Source: Syntrophales bacterium
GTDB lineage: Bacteria > Desulfobacterota > Syntrophia > Syntrophales > UBA2210
NCBI GenBank assembly: GCA_963662405.2
Contig: CAXXKT010000001.1
Coordinates: 1,024,001-1,088,000 of the forward strand
DNA: 64,000 bases
Reading direction: 5' to 3'
The translations under genes were made by a program, and so were the position numbers. The stretch's first letter is position 1. Each line of letters begins with the position of its first letter. This document shows positions 9,661 through 19,070 of the stretch, piece after piece. The notes below the pieces were generated by a model. It made no database searches. It was given only the letters and a program-made list of their open reading frames with translations, and was not told where the DNA came from.

Positions 9661-10416
9661 TTATACGGCGACCTTTCCCACCGGCGCGAGGTAGATCGTA
9701 AATTCTTCGGTTCCGTCGACCCCCAGGAACCGGTCCATCGCCTCCTGGTCGTACGCGGCGATGGCACAGGTCCCCGCCCCGATCGCCTCGCAGGCGAGAT
9801 AGAGATTCTGACAGACATGCCCCGCGTCGAGGGCGATCACCTTGTAGGCCGCCCCGCCGTAGCGCCACTCCATCCGGTACGGCACGGCCGTCCAGATGAA
9901 GGTGACCGCCGCCCCGCCCGGCGAACCCTGGCCAAATGCCGCTTTGACGATTGTTTCGGCCAGGCGGTCATCCGTATATTCTAAAAGGAGTTGGTGCTCC
10001 AGGGGGAGGTACCGGTACACCCCCCGATCGATCCCCGCGACATTCAGGGCGCAGAGATATGTCTCGATGGCGTGACGGCACCCCGCCGACGGGACCGTCC
10101 GGTACGTGTGCCCCTGATCGATCCGTTCCCTGATCCCCTGCGTCGCCCAGAGGAGGAAAGAGACCTCCTCGGTGGTGAGGGATTTATCCCCATAGATCCT
10201 GTGGCTCCGGCGGTTGCGGATCGCTTCAGCCAGATCGACCCCGTCGATGCCGCTCCCCGGCGACGGGAGGTCAACCCGTGTCGCTCCGTCCGCGAAGGGT
10301 TTTTCGATGGGAGGCGGGGCGATCCCCCGGCTCTGGTCTGTCGCGGCAAAATCGACGGTCTTGCGGACCGTATCCTTCAGAAAAAATCTTCCGTCCTCAC
10401 GAGATAATCGCGTCAT
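9661..10416 (-). CDS. SagB/ThcOx-family nitroreductase-fold flavoprotein
   Basis: NRRSHR, LLWATQG, RTVPSAG, RMEWRYG..AY..IALDAGHVCQNLYLA. Confidence 0.88.
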   Translation of the reverse strand: MTRLSREDGRFFLKDTVRKTVDFAATDQSRGIAPPPIEKPFADGATRVDLPSPGSGIDGVDLAEAIRNRRSHRIYGDKSLTTEEVSFLLWATQGIRERIDQGHTYRTVPSAGCRHAIETYLCALNVAGIDRGVYRYLPLEHQLLLEYTDDRLAETIVKAAFGQGSPGGAAVTFIWTAVPYRMEWRYGGAAYKVIALDAGHVCQNLYLACEAIGAGTCAIAAYDQEAMDRFLGVDGTEEFTIYLAPVGKVAV

Positions 10417-10486
10417 GTCCCGTTCCCCTTCCACATCTTTTTGTTATGAGATCCGTTTCCCGATCGGTCCTCTGATCAGAGACATA

Positions 10487-11863
10487 TCAGAAATACCAGG
10501 TCAGCCAGGTGTAGGCCGTGTCGGCCGGGGCGATGGAGAGACTGGTCCCGGGCGCGGCCGGGACGGGAAAAGGAAACGCCCAGCCGCCGTATTCGGTGCC
10601 GTCTCCTCCCCGGTTCAGGGTGCCGCCCAGGGTGATCCGGATGTCCTCGGTTATGTCGTATGTCACCCGGGGGAGGATCACGCCCGACGGGTCCTCCAGA
10701 TTGACAATGGTTGTCAGAAAGATATTGACCAGGGGGTGAATCTCCCACTGGAGTGTTCCCGCCGCGTAGAGGCGGCCCAGTGCGGTCAGATCGCCGCGGT
10801 CGAGTCGTTCGATAATATACGGGACGGTCGTATTCCGGGCGTAGTCATCGCTCATGAGACCGTTGTAATAGCATTCCAGGAGACCGTACCAGTTTCTGTC
10901 GGACCAGACCCAGGACAGATCGATATTGGCCACAATCGACACGTAAATTGAGTGTTCTTTCCGGTCTGTCCAGAGGGCGTCGTCATCGTCCGGGACGGTC
11001 AGGACGGTGTCCAGACGCCAGGCCGCCCCCCCGAGATACCCGACAACACCCGCTCCGGCGACGAAGTCGCGGCAGTGCAGCCCGACCATGGCATCCCATT
11101 CCAAAGCGCCCGTCGCCGCGTGGTATTTCACGGCAACCGAGGAAAAATCTCGTGACACGTGGTGATCGGCCGGGTCACGCCGCGGTACCACCAGGAGGTG
11201 CAGATGGCCGAAAGGGCCGGTCGTTTCGATGGAGAACATGTCGTCGCCGATCTTGTAGTCCCGCTCCACGTCGGTGGGCGCGAAGGGGTTGAAGAGGTCC
11301 ATGGGGTTGAAGATCATGCCGTTCCCCCAGGTCACGGCCTGGCGGCCGACCCGGATGTCGACCGGACCGGGATTCCAGGAGAGGTACAGACGGTCCAGGC
11401 GGTGATACCAGATGCAATCATCGTCTTCCTCCAGCCGGGTGGTCAGGTCGAAGAGACGGCGATCGTCTTCGGGGGTGGTCCCGGTGAACAAGGCTGAATC
11501 TTCCAATGCGGGAATTCGATCCAGGAGTTTCAATTGCTGCCGTCGGGAGTCGCCACCGGTCAGCATGTTTTCGTAGTGGATGGTGACGGTCATATTCCCC
11601 GGAAGAGCCGCTTCGTACTTGACCCTCAGTTCTGCTGACCCGTCGAGGAGTGTCTCGTCGTCGTTCTTCTGCGGGCTTTCCGCGGCCGGGTGGGACAGGA
11701 CACCGCGGAGCCTGATATGGCCGCCGAGGTCGCCGGGGGATAATGCCGCCCCGGTCTCTGCCGCGGCCGATACCGTCACCAGGCAGATGAAGAGGACCGT
11801 CGGCAGGATGGACCGCCACCTGTCAAGCGGCAGGTCCCATGGATGTGAATGCGGGTTTTTCAT
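10487..11863 (-). CDS. Putative outer-membrane beta-barrel protein associated with the ABC operon
   Basis: Signal peptide, HRLDRLYL, VGRQAVTWG, NPMDLFNPF, C-terminal YTWLTWYF aromatic end. Confidence 0.7.
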   Translation of the reverse strand: MKNPHSHPWDLPLDRWRSILPTVLFICLVTVSAAAETGAALSPGDLGGHIRLRGVLSHPAAESPQKNDDETLLDGSAELRVKYEAALPGNMTVTIHYENMLTGGDSRRQQLKLLDRIPALEDSALFTGTTPEDDRRLFDLTTRLEEDDDCIWYHRLDRLYLSWNPGPVDIRVGRQAVTWGNGMIFNPMDLFNPFAPTDVERDYKIGDDMFSIETTGPFGHLHLLVVPRRDPADHHVSRDFSSVAVKYHAATGALEWDAMVGLHCRDFVAGAGVVGYLGGAAWRLDTVLTVPDDDDALWTDRKEHSIYVSIVANIDLSWVWSDRNWYGLLECYYNGLMSDDYARNTTVPYIIERLDRGDLTALGRLYAAGTLQWEIHPLVNIFLTTIVNLEDPSGVILPRVTYDITEDIRITLGGTLNRGGDGTEYGGWAFPFPVPAAPGTSLSIAPADTAYTWLTWYF

Positions 11864-11882
11864 GGTCTTTCACGATCGTTGT

Positions 11883-12569
11883 TCAGTCCCGTGATTTCGC
11901 GTTGTCGATACGGCCATCCCTGATGTAGACCAGGCGATGGGCGTGTTCCATCACCATCTTGTCGTGGGTGGAAAAGACGAAGGTCACCTGTCGGTCCGCG
12001 TTCATCTGTTCCATCAGGGCCAGGAGACTCTCCCCGGTCGTGGAATCGAGATTGGCGGTGGGCTCATCGGCCAGGACAATGGCCGGGTTGGACACAATGG
12101 CGCGGGCCACCGCCACGCGTTGCTGCTGGCCGCCGGAGAGTTCGGCCGGACGCCGGTCGTACAGGTCTGCCAGACCCACTTCATCCAGGATGGCCCGCGC
12201 CCGGTCCCGGCGTTCCGATGGGGCAACACCCTGGAGCAGCAGAATGAACTCCACATTTTCCACGGCGGACAAGACCGGCACGAGGTTATAGGACTGGAAG
12301 ACGAAGCCGATGCGGTTGAGCCGCAGTTGTGCCAGTTCGGATTGTGACATGTCGTTGATCAGGTTTCCTTCCACCCGGACCGATCCCTCGTTCATGGTAT
12401 CGAGTCCGCCGATGATATTCAACAGGGTGGTTTTACCCGAGCCTGACGGACCGGCCAGGGCCATAAAATCGCCCTTTTGGATGTCCAGACTGACCCCGCG
12501 GAGGGCCTGTACCTCGACCTTTCCCTGATCGTACACCTTTGTCACGTCCCGTGTTTCGACAATGTTCAT
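11883..12569 (-). CDS. ABC transporter ATP-binding protein (LolD/MacB-like)
   Basis: GPSGSGKT, LSGGQQQRVA, LADEPTANLD, STHD. Confidence 0.95.
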   Translation of the reverse strand: MNIVETRDVTKVYDQGKVEVQALRGVSLDIQKGDFMALAGPSGSGKTTLLNIIGGLDTMNEGSVRVEGNLINDMSQSELAQLRLNRIGFVFQSYNLVPVLSAVENVEFILLLQGVAPSERRDRARAILDEVGLADLYDRRPAELSGGQQQRVAVARAIVSNPAIVLADEPTANLDSTTGESLLALMEQMNADRQVTFVFSTHDKMVMEHAHRLVYIRDGRIDNAKSRD

Positions 12570-12597
12570 AAATGATGTTCCCCTTGGTTATGTATGG

Positions 12598-13824
12598 TCA
12601 TGCTCGGGCCAGCGCTTTCACCGGTGTGATGCGGGCGGCCCGCAGGGCCGGGTAGAGGCTGACGAGAAGACCCAGGATCAGGACCACCAGATTGGCGCGG
12701 ACCACTTCCTTCAGGTGAAGAGCCGGATAGATCACCCGGGGAATGGAAAACCGGTCCGCACCGGCCGCAAAAACGGAGAGATCGATGCCGTGCCGGGCGA
12801 GCGCCCAGATGCTGACATACCCGGTCAGGTTGCCGATCACGATGCCGATGACCAGGATCAGTATGGCCTCGGTCACTACCAGTGCCACGATCTGGCGGGG
12901 GCGCATCCCCAGCGATTTCACCAGACCGAACTCCCTGATCCGCTCCATGACCGCCATGAGAATAGTATTGATAATGCCGAATCCCATGGCCACGAAGACC
13001 ACCACGTACCACAGGATCATGAAGGTATCCCACAGCTCGATCATCGCCGTGATCAGCGGCATGAGTCCCCGGTACCCTGTTACTTCATACTCCCCGGTCG
13101 GTAATGCACGTCGAAGATCGGCAACCACCGGTCCGGTGTCCGCGCGATCCGGCAGGAGGACCGCCACCTCGGAGATGCCGGTCCCCAGCCGCAGCATGTC
13201 CCGGGCGGCGGGAAGGGTGACGAAGACGAAGTTCTTTTCCGTGGCTTCCATCCGGCCCTGATAGATCCCGATGATGCGAAAGGCCCGGGAGCGTATCTCC
13301 CCGTCGGTACCCTGGCTCATGAGGATGATCTTCTTGCCCAGGCCGGTTTCAAAGTCCTCGGCCAGGGCCCGGCCGATCACGATACCGTGGTCCTCCCGGC
13401 CGGTTTCCAGAAACCGCCCCGCTGTAACGGCACCGCCGATGAATGAGATGCGTGCCTCCCGGTCAGGGCGGATGCCGACCATGGTCACACCGGTGGAATG
13501 CCGCGCGTTCTGTGCGATCGCCGAGACCCGGACACGATCGGTCCAGACGGCGCCGGCGGGCAGAACGTGTTCCAGGGCGCTGTGTGCGGCCGTCGGGTCC
13601 TTCATGCTGTTGGCGACCGCCGGGTCGTTCCGATAGCCGGGGTGGTGGATCTGAAGGTGGCCGGTGAGGGTCGCCAGCTGATTTTCGATCATGGCATCGT
13701 ACATTCCGACCATGATACCCCCCAGAAAGATCATACTCCAGACGCCGATGATCACGGCAGTGAGGATCACCGCGGTTCGTTTGGGGTTCCGCCAGATGTT
13801 GCGCCAGGCCAATTGAAGATACAT
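12598..13824 (-). CDS. ABC transporter permease (LolC/E, FtsX-like)
   Basis: LAWRNIWRN, GIINTILMAVMERIREFG, YPALRAA; 4-TM topology. Confidence 0.92.
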   Translation of the reverse strand: MYLQLAWRNIWRNPKRTAVILTAVIIGVWSMIFLGGIMVGMYDAMIENQLATLTGHLQIHHPGYRNDPAVANSMKDPTAAHSALEHVLPAGAVWTDRVRVSAIAQNARHSTGVTMVGIRPDREARISFIGGAVTAGRFLETGREDHGIVIGRALAEDFETGLGKKIILMSQGTDGEIRSRAFRIIGIYQGRMEATEKNFVFVTLPAARDMLRLGTGISEVAVLLPDRADTGPVVADLRRALPTGEYEVTGYRGLMPLITAMIELWDTFMILWYVVVFVAMGFGIINTILMAVMERIREFGLVKSLGMRPRQIVALVVTEAILILVIGIVIGNLTGYVSIWALARHGIDLSVFAAGADRFSIPRVIYPALHLKEVVRANLVVLILGLLVSLYPALRAARITPVKALARA

Positions 13825-13846
13825 ATCGATTCCTCGTCAATCCGGG

Positions 13847-15085
13847 CTACGTCGCGTGCATTGCCTCCACCGGTTTGAATCGACGGACGCGCCATGCCGG
13901 ATAGAGCGCCGTCAGAAAGGTAACCACAAACACCACCGCCGGACCCAGGAGCAGAGACAGCCACGAAAGCTGGGGGCGCAGTGCCTCGGGCAGGCCGTAG
14001 AACCGGAGGATCTCGGCGGCGCCGGCAATATGAATGCCCGTGTGCTGGAAATAGAGGGTGAGGGCCGCGCCCCCGGCGATACCGGCGGCCATACCCACCA
14101 GACATATAAAGGAGGACTCCAGCATCAGGAGGCGGGTCAGCCGGGCATGGGAAACCCCCAGGGCCAGCAACACCCCGAATTCCCGGGTCCGTTCGAATAC
14201 GGCCATGAGGAAGGTGTTCAGGATACTGAAGGCCACCACGATGATCATGATGAGATAGAAGATGACACCGGAGATCAGATCGATCTTGATCCCCTGGAGG
14301 AGACCGGGAATCAGTTCCTGCCAGGTCCAGATCTTCAGGGGATACCGCATATCAAGTCCGGAAAGGGTTTGCTTGAGGGCTGCAGCAGCCGGCTTGACAT
14401 CAGCCAGTGACGGACAGACGGCCACGATTTCATGGACGGCGCCGCGCATGAAATAGAGGCGGTCAAAGGTATCCCGGGTGATCATGGCCACGGAGCGGTC
14501 CATCTCCTCCTGACCGGAAGAAAATATGCCGGCCACGGCGAGCATGCTGGCCGCCACCGAGCCGTCCCGGGCCTGGCCCAGCAGGATCAGTTCGTCCCCC
14601 ACATCGACCCTGAGATTTTCGGCCAGCAGGTCACCGATGATGACCCGGTTGGTATCCCCTGTTGCCAGATAATCGCCCTTCCGGATCACGGCTTCGATGG
14701 TGGTCAGCCTCGCTTCGCGGTCGGGGACGATACCGGTAATCATGGTGCCGTAGGTGCGTTTTTCCGAGGAGAGGAGAGAAAAAGCGTTGGATCGGAAGGT
14801 GTAATCCCTGATGTCGGGGCGGTCTTCGAGCCGGTCGGCCACGGCAGCGGGATCGGATATCACCTTCCGGATCTCCCTGTTTTTCTGGTAGCCCTCTGCC
14901 TTGATCTGGAGGTGGCCGGTATGGATGTTGAGGGAAAACCGGATCATGTCGGCGTAGGAGCCGAACTGGAAGGAGAGCATGAATACCAGGAGAAGACAGG
15001 CGAAGGCGATGGCCAGGATGGTCAGGATGGAACGCCGGGGGTTCCGCCAGATATTGCGCCAGGCCATGGTGAGTTCGATGCCCAT
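13847..15085 (-). CDS. ABC transporter permease (LolC/E, FtsX-like)
   Basis: MAWRNIWRN, ILNTFLMAVFERTREFG, YPAWR. Confidence 0.92.
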   Translation of the reverse strand: MGIELTMAWRNIWRNPRRSILTILAIAFACLLLVFMLSFQFGSYADMIRFSLNIHTGHLQIKAEGYQKNREIRKVISDPAAVADRLEDRPDIRDYTFRSNAFSLLSSEKRTYGTMITGIVPDREARLTTIEAVIRKGDYLATGDTNRVIIGDLLAENLRVDVGDELILLGQARDGSVAASMLAVAGIFSSGQEEMDRSVAMITRDTFDRLYFMRGAVHEIVAVCPSLADVKPAAAALKQTLSGLDMRYPLKIWTWQELIPGLLQGIKIDLISGVIFYLIMIIVVAFSILNTFLMAVFERTREFGVLLALGVSHARLTRLLMLESSFICLVGMAAGIAGGAALTLYFQHTGIHIAGAAEILRFYGLPEALRPQLSWLSLLLGPAVVFVVTFLTALYPAWRVRRFKPVEAMHAT

Positions 15086-15087
15086 GA

Positions 15088-15840
15088 TCACCTCGGCGGG
15101 TTCTTGAGGGCGGAACGGGTGAAGAGGTTCGGCGGGAGCTCCAGATCGAAGGTGACGGCGTCGACCACCAGGAGGGTGTACTCATCCGCGGCATCGGTCT
15201 TGGAGACCTTGAGCGTGCTCGCCAGCACCCGGCCGCCCATGGTCTTGATCTCCAGGGCCTCCATGATCTTGACCAGCGCACCGTCTTCGTCGAAGAATTC
15301 TTCTTTGAGGAGGACATTGTCTTCCCTGATTTCAAAACGGAGTCTGCCCCAGATCACCGGCGCCTCCGGTTTGGCCGGGCTGTCGATGATGTAGACCTTC
15401 TTGCCGTCCACCGTTGTGACATCCGTGAGCCGGTGGATGTAGTCCTCGACGATGGTGTCCGACTTGGCCAGGTCGTCGTTGGAGAAGTCCGATCCCATCC
15501 AGGACTGGGCCATCATGGAGGGGGGGAGCTTGATGACGCGGTTGACCTTGGGGTTGTAGGTCCACATCTCGTTGCCGCGCTTGAGGGTGCCGTTCCCCTC
15601 GTCCCTGGGCGGGGAGAGTACCCAGAAGATACTGTATTCCCGATCCCGGGTGTACCCCTCGATGGTCATGACACGCTCCCAGTCCGGGCGGTGAATGGTC
15701 ATGGTGTTGACGGATTTGCTGGTCATGCCGCGCATCTGGTCCAGGGCGTCGCCGATGATGCCTTCGGGGGATCGCTCGGCCGCGAAGAGGAGGGAAGGGA
15801 TCAGTACCAGAGATAATATCAGGAAAAAAGTCCGTTTCAT
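15088..15840 (-). CDS. Outer-membrane lipoprotein-sorting (LolA-like) protein
   Basis: Signal peptide, MWTYNPKVNRVIKLPPSMMAQSWMGSDFSNDDL motif. Confidence 0.88.
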   Translation of the reverse strand: MKRTFFLILSLVLIPSLLFAAERSPEGIIGDALDQMRGMTSKSVNTMTIHRPDWERVMTIEGYTRDREYSIFWVLSPPRDEGNGTLKRGNEMWTYNPKVNRVIKLPPSMMAQSWMGSDFSNDDLAKSDTIVEDYIHRLTDVTTVDGKKVYIIDSPAKPEAPVIWGRLRFEIREDNVLLKEEFFDEDGALVKIMEALEIKTMGGRVLASTLKVSKTDAADEYTLLVVDAVTFDLELPPNLFTRSALKNPPR

Positions 15841-16187
15841 GACAACCTCCTGTCGGGATCGGCTCCCGACGGATCCAGGTGTAACACGGTCTGTGTTTGA
15901 TAGTATTGGGTGACCGCATCCGGATCGTTCACGGTATCGGATCTATTTGACCGATTGATTCATCATAGGAAGGGTATGGCAGTACTGTCAAGGATAAAGA
16001 GTCATCATTGAAAGGTGTTTTTGTACACGACAAGAGATCTGTCCTCGATATCGTGCCTGCCCGTCCCCCGCATGATTGATCCCGGAGAGGGATGCATCGG
16101 ATGTGTGCGGATGGATTTCCGCCTGCCCGCACGTTCCGGAAGAAAAAAGGGGAGGGGTGGTTGACCTGTGCGACAGGGACCGGTATA

Positions 16188-16516
16188 TCATGAAACCTCG
16201 GCGTGTGATCGAGAAAGTGGAAGCCGAGTATTTTATCACCGGCCACGAGAGGGGTATTCTCAGCAGGAAGGAGTTCCGGACGGGTATGGACCGCTACCTG
16301 GCGGTGATCGATAAACGGGACGAAAAGATCCTCTCCGTCATCTCATCGCCCCTTTCGCTGGAGGAGGTTGTTGACAGGGGACTCATCTACGGCAGGCGAT
16401 TTCACGTGGATGCCTGGGTCAACATGTGGGAATTTATCACGATTAAGAAACACCTCCTGAGAATGGAGCGGCAACAGAAGGTTTCCCGGATCGGCGACCG
16501 GTTCGTTGCCATATGA
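16188..16516 (+). pseudogene. C-terminal fragment of an MBL-fold metallo-hydrolase
   Basis: FITGHERG, YLAVIDKRDEKIL, SLEEVV..LIY, KKHLLRM; no HxHxDH core upstream. Confidence 0.5.
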
Positions 16517-16559
16517 AAAACCAAACACGTTACTGTGTTGTCCGAAGGAGAACGATATA

Positions 16560-16928
16560 ATGCCATGGGTCAGTGAAGAGTTATGTACGGCGTGTGAGAT
16601 ATGTGTCGAGGAATGCCCTGTCGGTGCCATCTCGATGGATACCGGTATCGCCTCTATCGATAACAGCGAATGTATCCGATGCGGGATCTGCCATGATGCG
16701 TGCCCGGTGGAGGCGGTCCGTCACGATGGCGAACGGATCCCCGCAGAGGTAGCGGACAATATGGCGTGGGTACAGCGATTGCTGACGCATGAGTACTATG
16801 CGGACGATCGGGACAAACAGAAGGGACTTGTCGATCGCCTGCGGCGCTATTTCACCAAGAATCGGAAGGTTATGGAACAGACACTGGAGTCCATCAAGAA
16901 CTTGGAGGATACCAGATACCGCGATTAA
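16560..16928 (+). CDS. 2x[4Fe-4S] ferredoxin with helical C-terminal extension
   Basis: CTACEICVEECP, CIRCGICHDACP; AAGGAG RBS before ATG 16560. Confidence 0.88.
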   Translation: MPWVSEELCTACEICVEECPVGAISMDTGIASIDNSECIRCGICHDACPVEAVRHDGERIPAEVADNMAWVQRLLTHEYYADDRDKQKGLVDRLRRYFTKNRKVMEQTLESIKNLEDTRYRD

Positions 16929-17039
16929 CCGTGAACGGAGGTTTTGTTGCCATACCATATCGCGTCTCTCGGTCCTGAGATTCAGAGAGGTAGTACGGGG
17001 TCACCATCTCCTGGCTTCGAACATCATTCGCACACCGGT

Positions 17040-17627
17040 TCATTCCAACAGGGCGGCCAACTTTTTGTACTGTTCAGCGGTTTCGGGTTCGTGCGACGGG
17101 CTGTACAACAGAAATGACGGGTGCGGCAGCGGAAATATCGCCTGTCCCTCCGAGACGATCAGTGAGGCGTAGAGCGGGCGAAAATCCTCCCGCGCCGCCG
17201 GGGGATCGGCGTTATAGATCGTCAGGATGGTCCGCGTCGCATAGTAACCCAGGGGGACGACAACCCGGGGACGAACGATCGCGATCTCCCGTTCGACAAA
17301 GGGGCGACAGGCCTCGATTTCAGCCATTTTGGGGCGACGGTTCTTCGGCAGAAGGCATTTGATCAGGTTCGTCATGTAGATCCGGTCCCGGGTAATATCG
17401 GCAGCCCCGAGGAGCCTGTCCAGGACGGGTCCTGACGGGCCGATGAACATCCGCCCCGCGAGGTCTTCCTTGGTGCCGGGAGAAAGGGCAACAAGCAGCA
17501 ACCGGGCGTTGAGGGTTCCCTCGCCGCACAGGGAGCGGGTCCGGGTGGCCGCGAGACGACATCGCGCGCAGGTCCGGATCTCTTCGTTGAGCCGGTCTAT
17601 CGCTTCGCTCTTTGTATCGGTGGACAT
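17040..17627 (-). CDS. Uracil-DNA glycosylase family 4-like
   Basis: CARC, GEG, ED..GRMFIGPSG, TNLIKC..PKNRRP..EIEAC, HPSFLL. Confidence 0.85.
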   Translation of the reverse strand: MSTDTKSEAIDRLNEEIRTCARCRLAATRTRSLCGEGTLNARLLLVALSPGTKEDLAGRMFIGPSGPVLDRLLGAADITRDRIYMTNLIKCLLPKNRRPKMAEIEACRPFVEREIAIVRPRVVVPLGYYATRTILTIYNADPPAAREDFRPLYASLIVSEGQAIFPLPHPSFLLYSPSHEPETAEQYKKLAALLE

Positions 17628-17662
17628 CGTGGCATCTCTCTCCGGCTCAGCCGTCGTCCGTA

Positions 17663-18469
17663 TCAGGCCTCCTCTTTTAAGGTGGACAGCCGTTCCTCAA
17701 GGTATCGGTGTATGGCGGAAAACAGGGTGTCTATCTGCCTGGATTGGGGCAGGGAGTCACGAATCATTTCCAGGTATCGTCTCGAGCGGACGGCACGGAG
17801 GGTCGGCTCAAAGTTGATATCGAAGACCCAGCCGATCTGGAGGAGTTTGAAGTCATTGAGCGTCTCGACATGGTTGATGTCGACGATCTTGCGCTGCGCC
17901 AAATCCCGGCACACCGCTTCGGAAAACCCTGGTGTATCCGGGAGATCCAGTTCGAGAGTCCCGTTTCGCGCGCCGTCCTTCCGACGGTAATAATCGGTGA
18001 CCACCCGCCAGATGTCCAGCTTGTCGGCATCGCGGAGCAGCTTTGTAAAGAAGAGGCACTCGTCCGTCTCGTTCCGGGGAAGGGTAGCGCGGTTGTGATA
18101 TTGTATGGTGCGACAGATCAGGTCCTGCAGCGGTTCTGCACAGCGTTCGAGGACCCCGAGCCGCTTCAGGATTGTGACGCCCAGTGTGGCGTGGTCTTCG
18201 GACCGCTGGTCCGAAAAGGTCTTGTACCGGGCATACTGTTCGAACCGACCGATATCGTGGAAGAGGGCGAGGACCTCGGCCAGCCGCAGCTCGCCATTTT
18301 GCAGGCCGAGCTGTGCCCCGATGGAGATGATCTCCCTGCAGACCCGCTGAGTGTGCTCCTCTTTCAGGACAATATTTTTTGAATCGTCACTATTCTCTCG
18401 AAAAGTCTTCACATAACCGGCAAGCCAATCCTTGAGATTGTCCAGCAATCCATTACTGATTTCTCCCAC
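17663..18469 (-). CDS. HD-domain phosphohydrolase (start uncertain)
   Basis: KEEHTQRV, ALFHDIGRFEQY, DHA, YHN, RDADKLDI. Confidence 0.88.
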   Translation of the reverse strand: MGEISNGLLDNLKDWLAGYVKTFRENSDDSKNIVLKEEHTQRVCREIISIGAQLGLQNGELRLAEVLALFHDIGRFEQYARYKTFSDQRSEDHATLGVTILKRLGVLERCAEPLQDLICRTIQYHNRATLPRNETDECLFFTKLLRDADKLDIWRVVTDYYRRKDGARNGTLELDLPDTPGFSEAVCRDLAQRKIVDINHVETLNDFKLLQIGWVFDINFEPTLRAVRSRRYLEMIRDSLPQSRQIDTLFSAIHRYLEERLSTLKEEA

Positions 18470-18979
18470 CGGTTCTCTTTCAGACAGTATCTTGGGTGTC
18501 ACTGCGTGTCCCTTCATTCGTTTTGGCCTCGTTTCCCCCTCCCACCAGCCCTCATCAGTATTACTCTTCGTATCAGCACGGTGTTGTAACACACCGGACT
18601 TCAAATCACCAGGCCTCCTCCGTTTCTCCTTCAGGCACGGAGAAGGAACAGAACCGCGTCATCCGGTCAACGTAAACTTCCTGTTGCCGATTCTTCTCAT
18701 ATCTTCTTGTTATTACCTTATGACATGTACCTATATGCGTGCTGTGCGATGGAGGGGAGTGTAAATAAACGTGCGCACATTGAGGTATTGTCGGAGACTA
18801 TCGTCCGATATCTTTCCTCCGGGTTTCCCCAAAAAAACCGTATCCCGTTATCAGTATCTCCTGCAGATGCTTTGTCGGGCGATTTTATATAGTTGAAAAA
18901 CAGGCAGGAAGACCCTTCCGTTTTGCAAAGAGTGATCGTTGAACCGCCCCTGTCTGTCTTGAACGAAGGCGGTCCTTCG

Positions 18980-19013
18980 CTATCGCAGGAGCACGGCCTG
19001 TGCGGCGGCGAGG
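18980..19013 (-). repeat. Direct-repeat copy of the 3' end of the aminotransferase gene (partner at 25474-25507)
   Basis: 32/34 nt identical; both copies encode LAAAQAVLLR-stop. Confidence 0.9.
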
Positions 19014-19039
19014 GGTCGAGTTTTTCCCTCGACCCCTCG
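19009..19039 (-). terminator. Perfect 12-bp hairpin after the ABC operon, lacking a U-tail
   Basis: CGAGGGGTCGAG-TTTTTCC-CTCGACCCCTCG. Confidence 0.55.
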
Positions 19040-19070
19040 GAATGCCCGTGTGGTATGCACGACCGGGAGG

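Noticed and set aside
9661..10416. RiPP (TOMM) cluster suggested by the SagB-type gene and ABC exporter
   Set aside because: No YcaO, E1-like protein or Cys/Ser-rich precursor peptide nearby; stand-alone SagB-family genes are common in anaerobes.
18515..18560. Possible hammerhead ribozyme (CTGATGAG..GAAAC on the minus strand)
   Set aside because: No stem II closes directly onto GAAA, and I found no convincing stems I and III.
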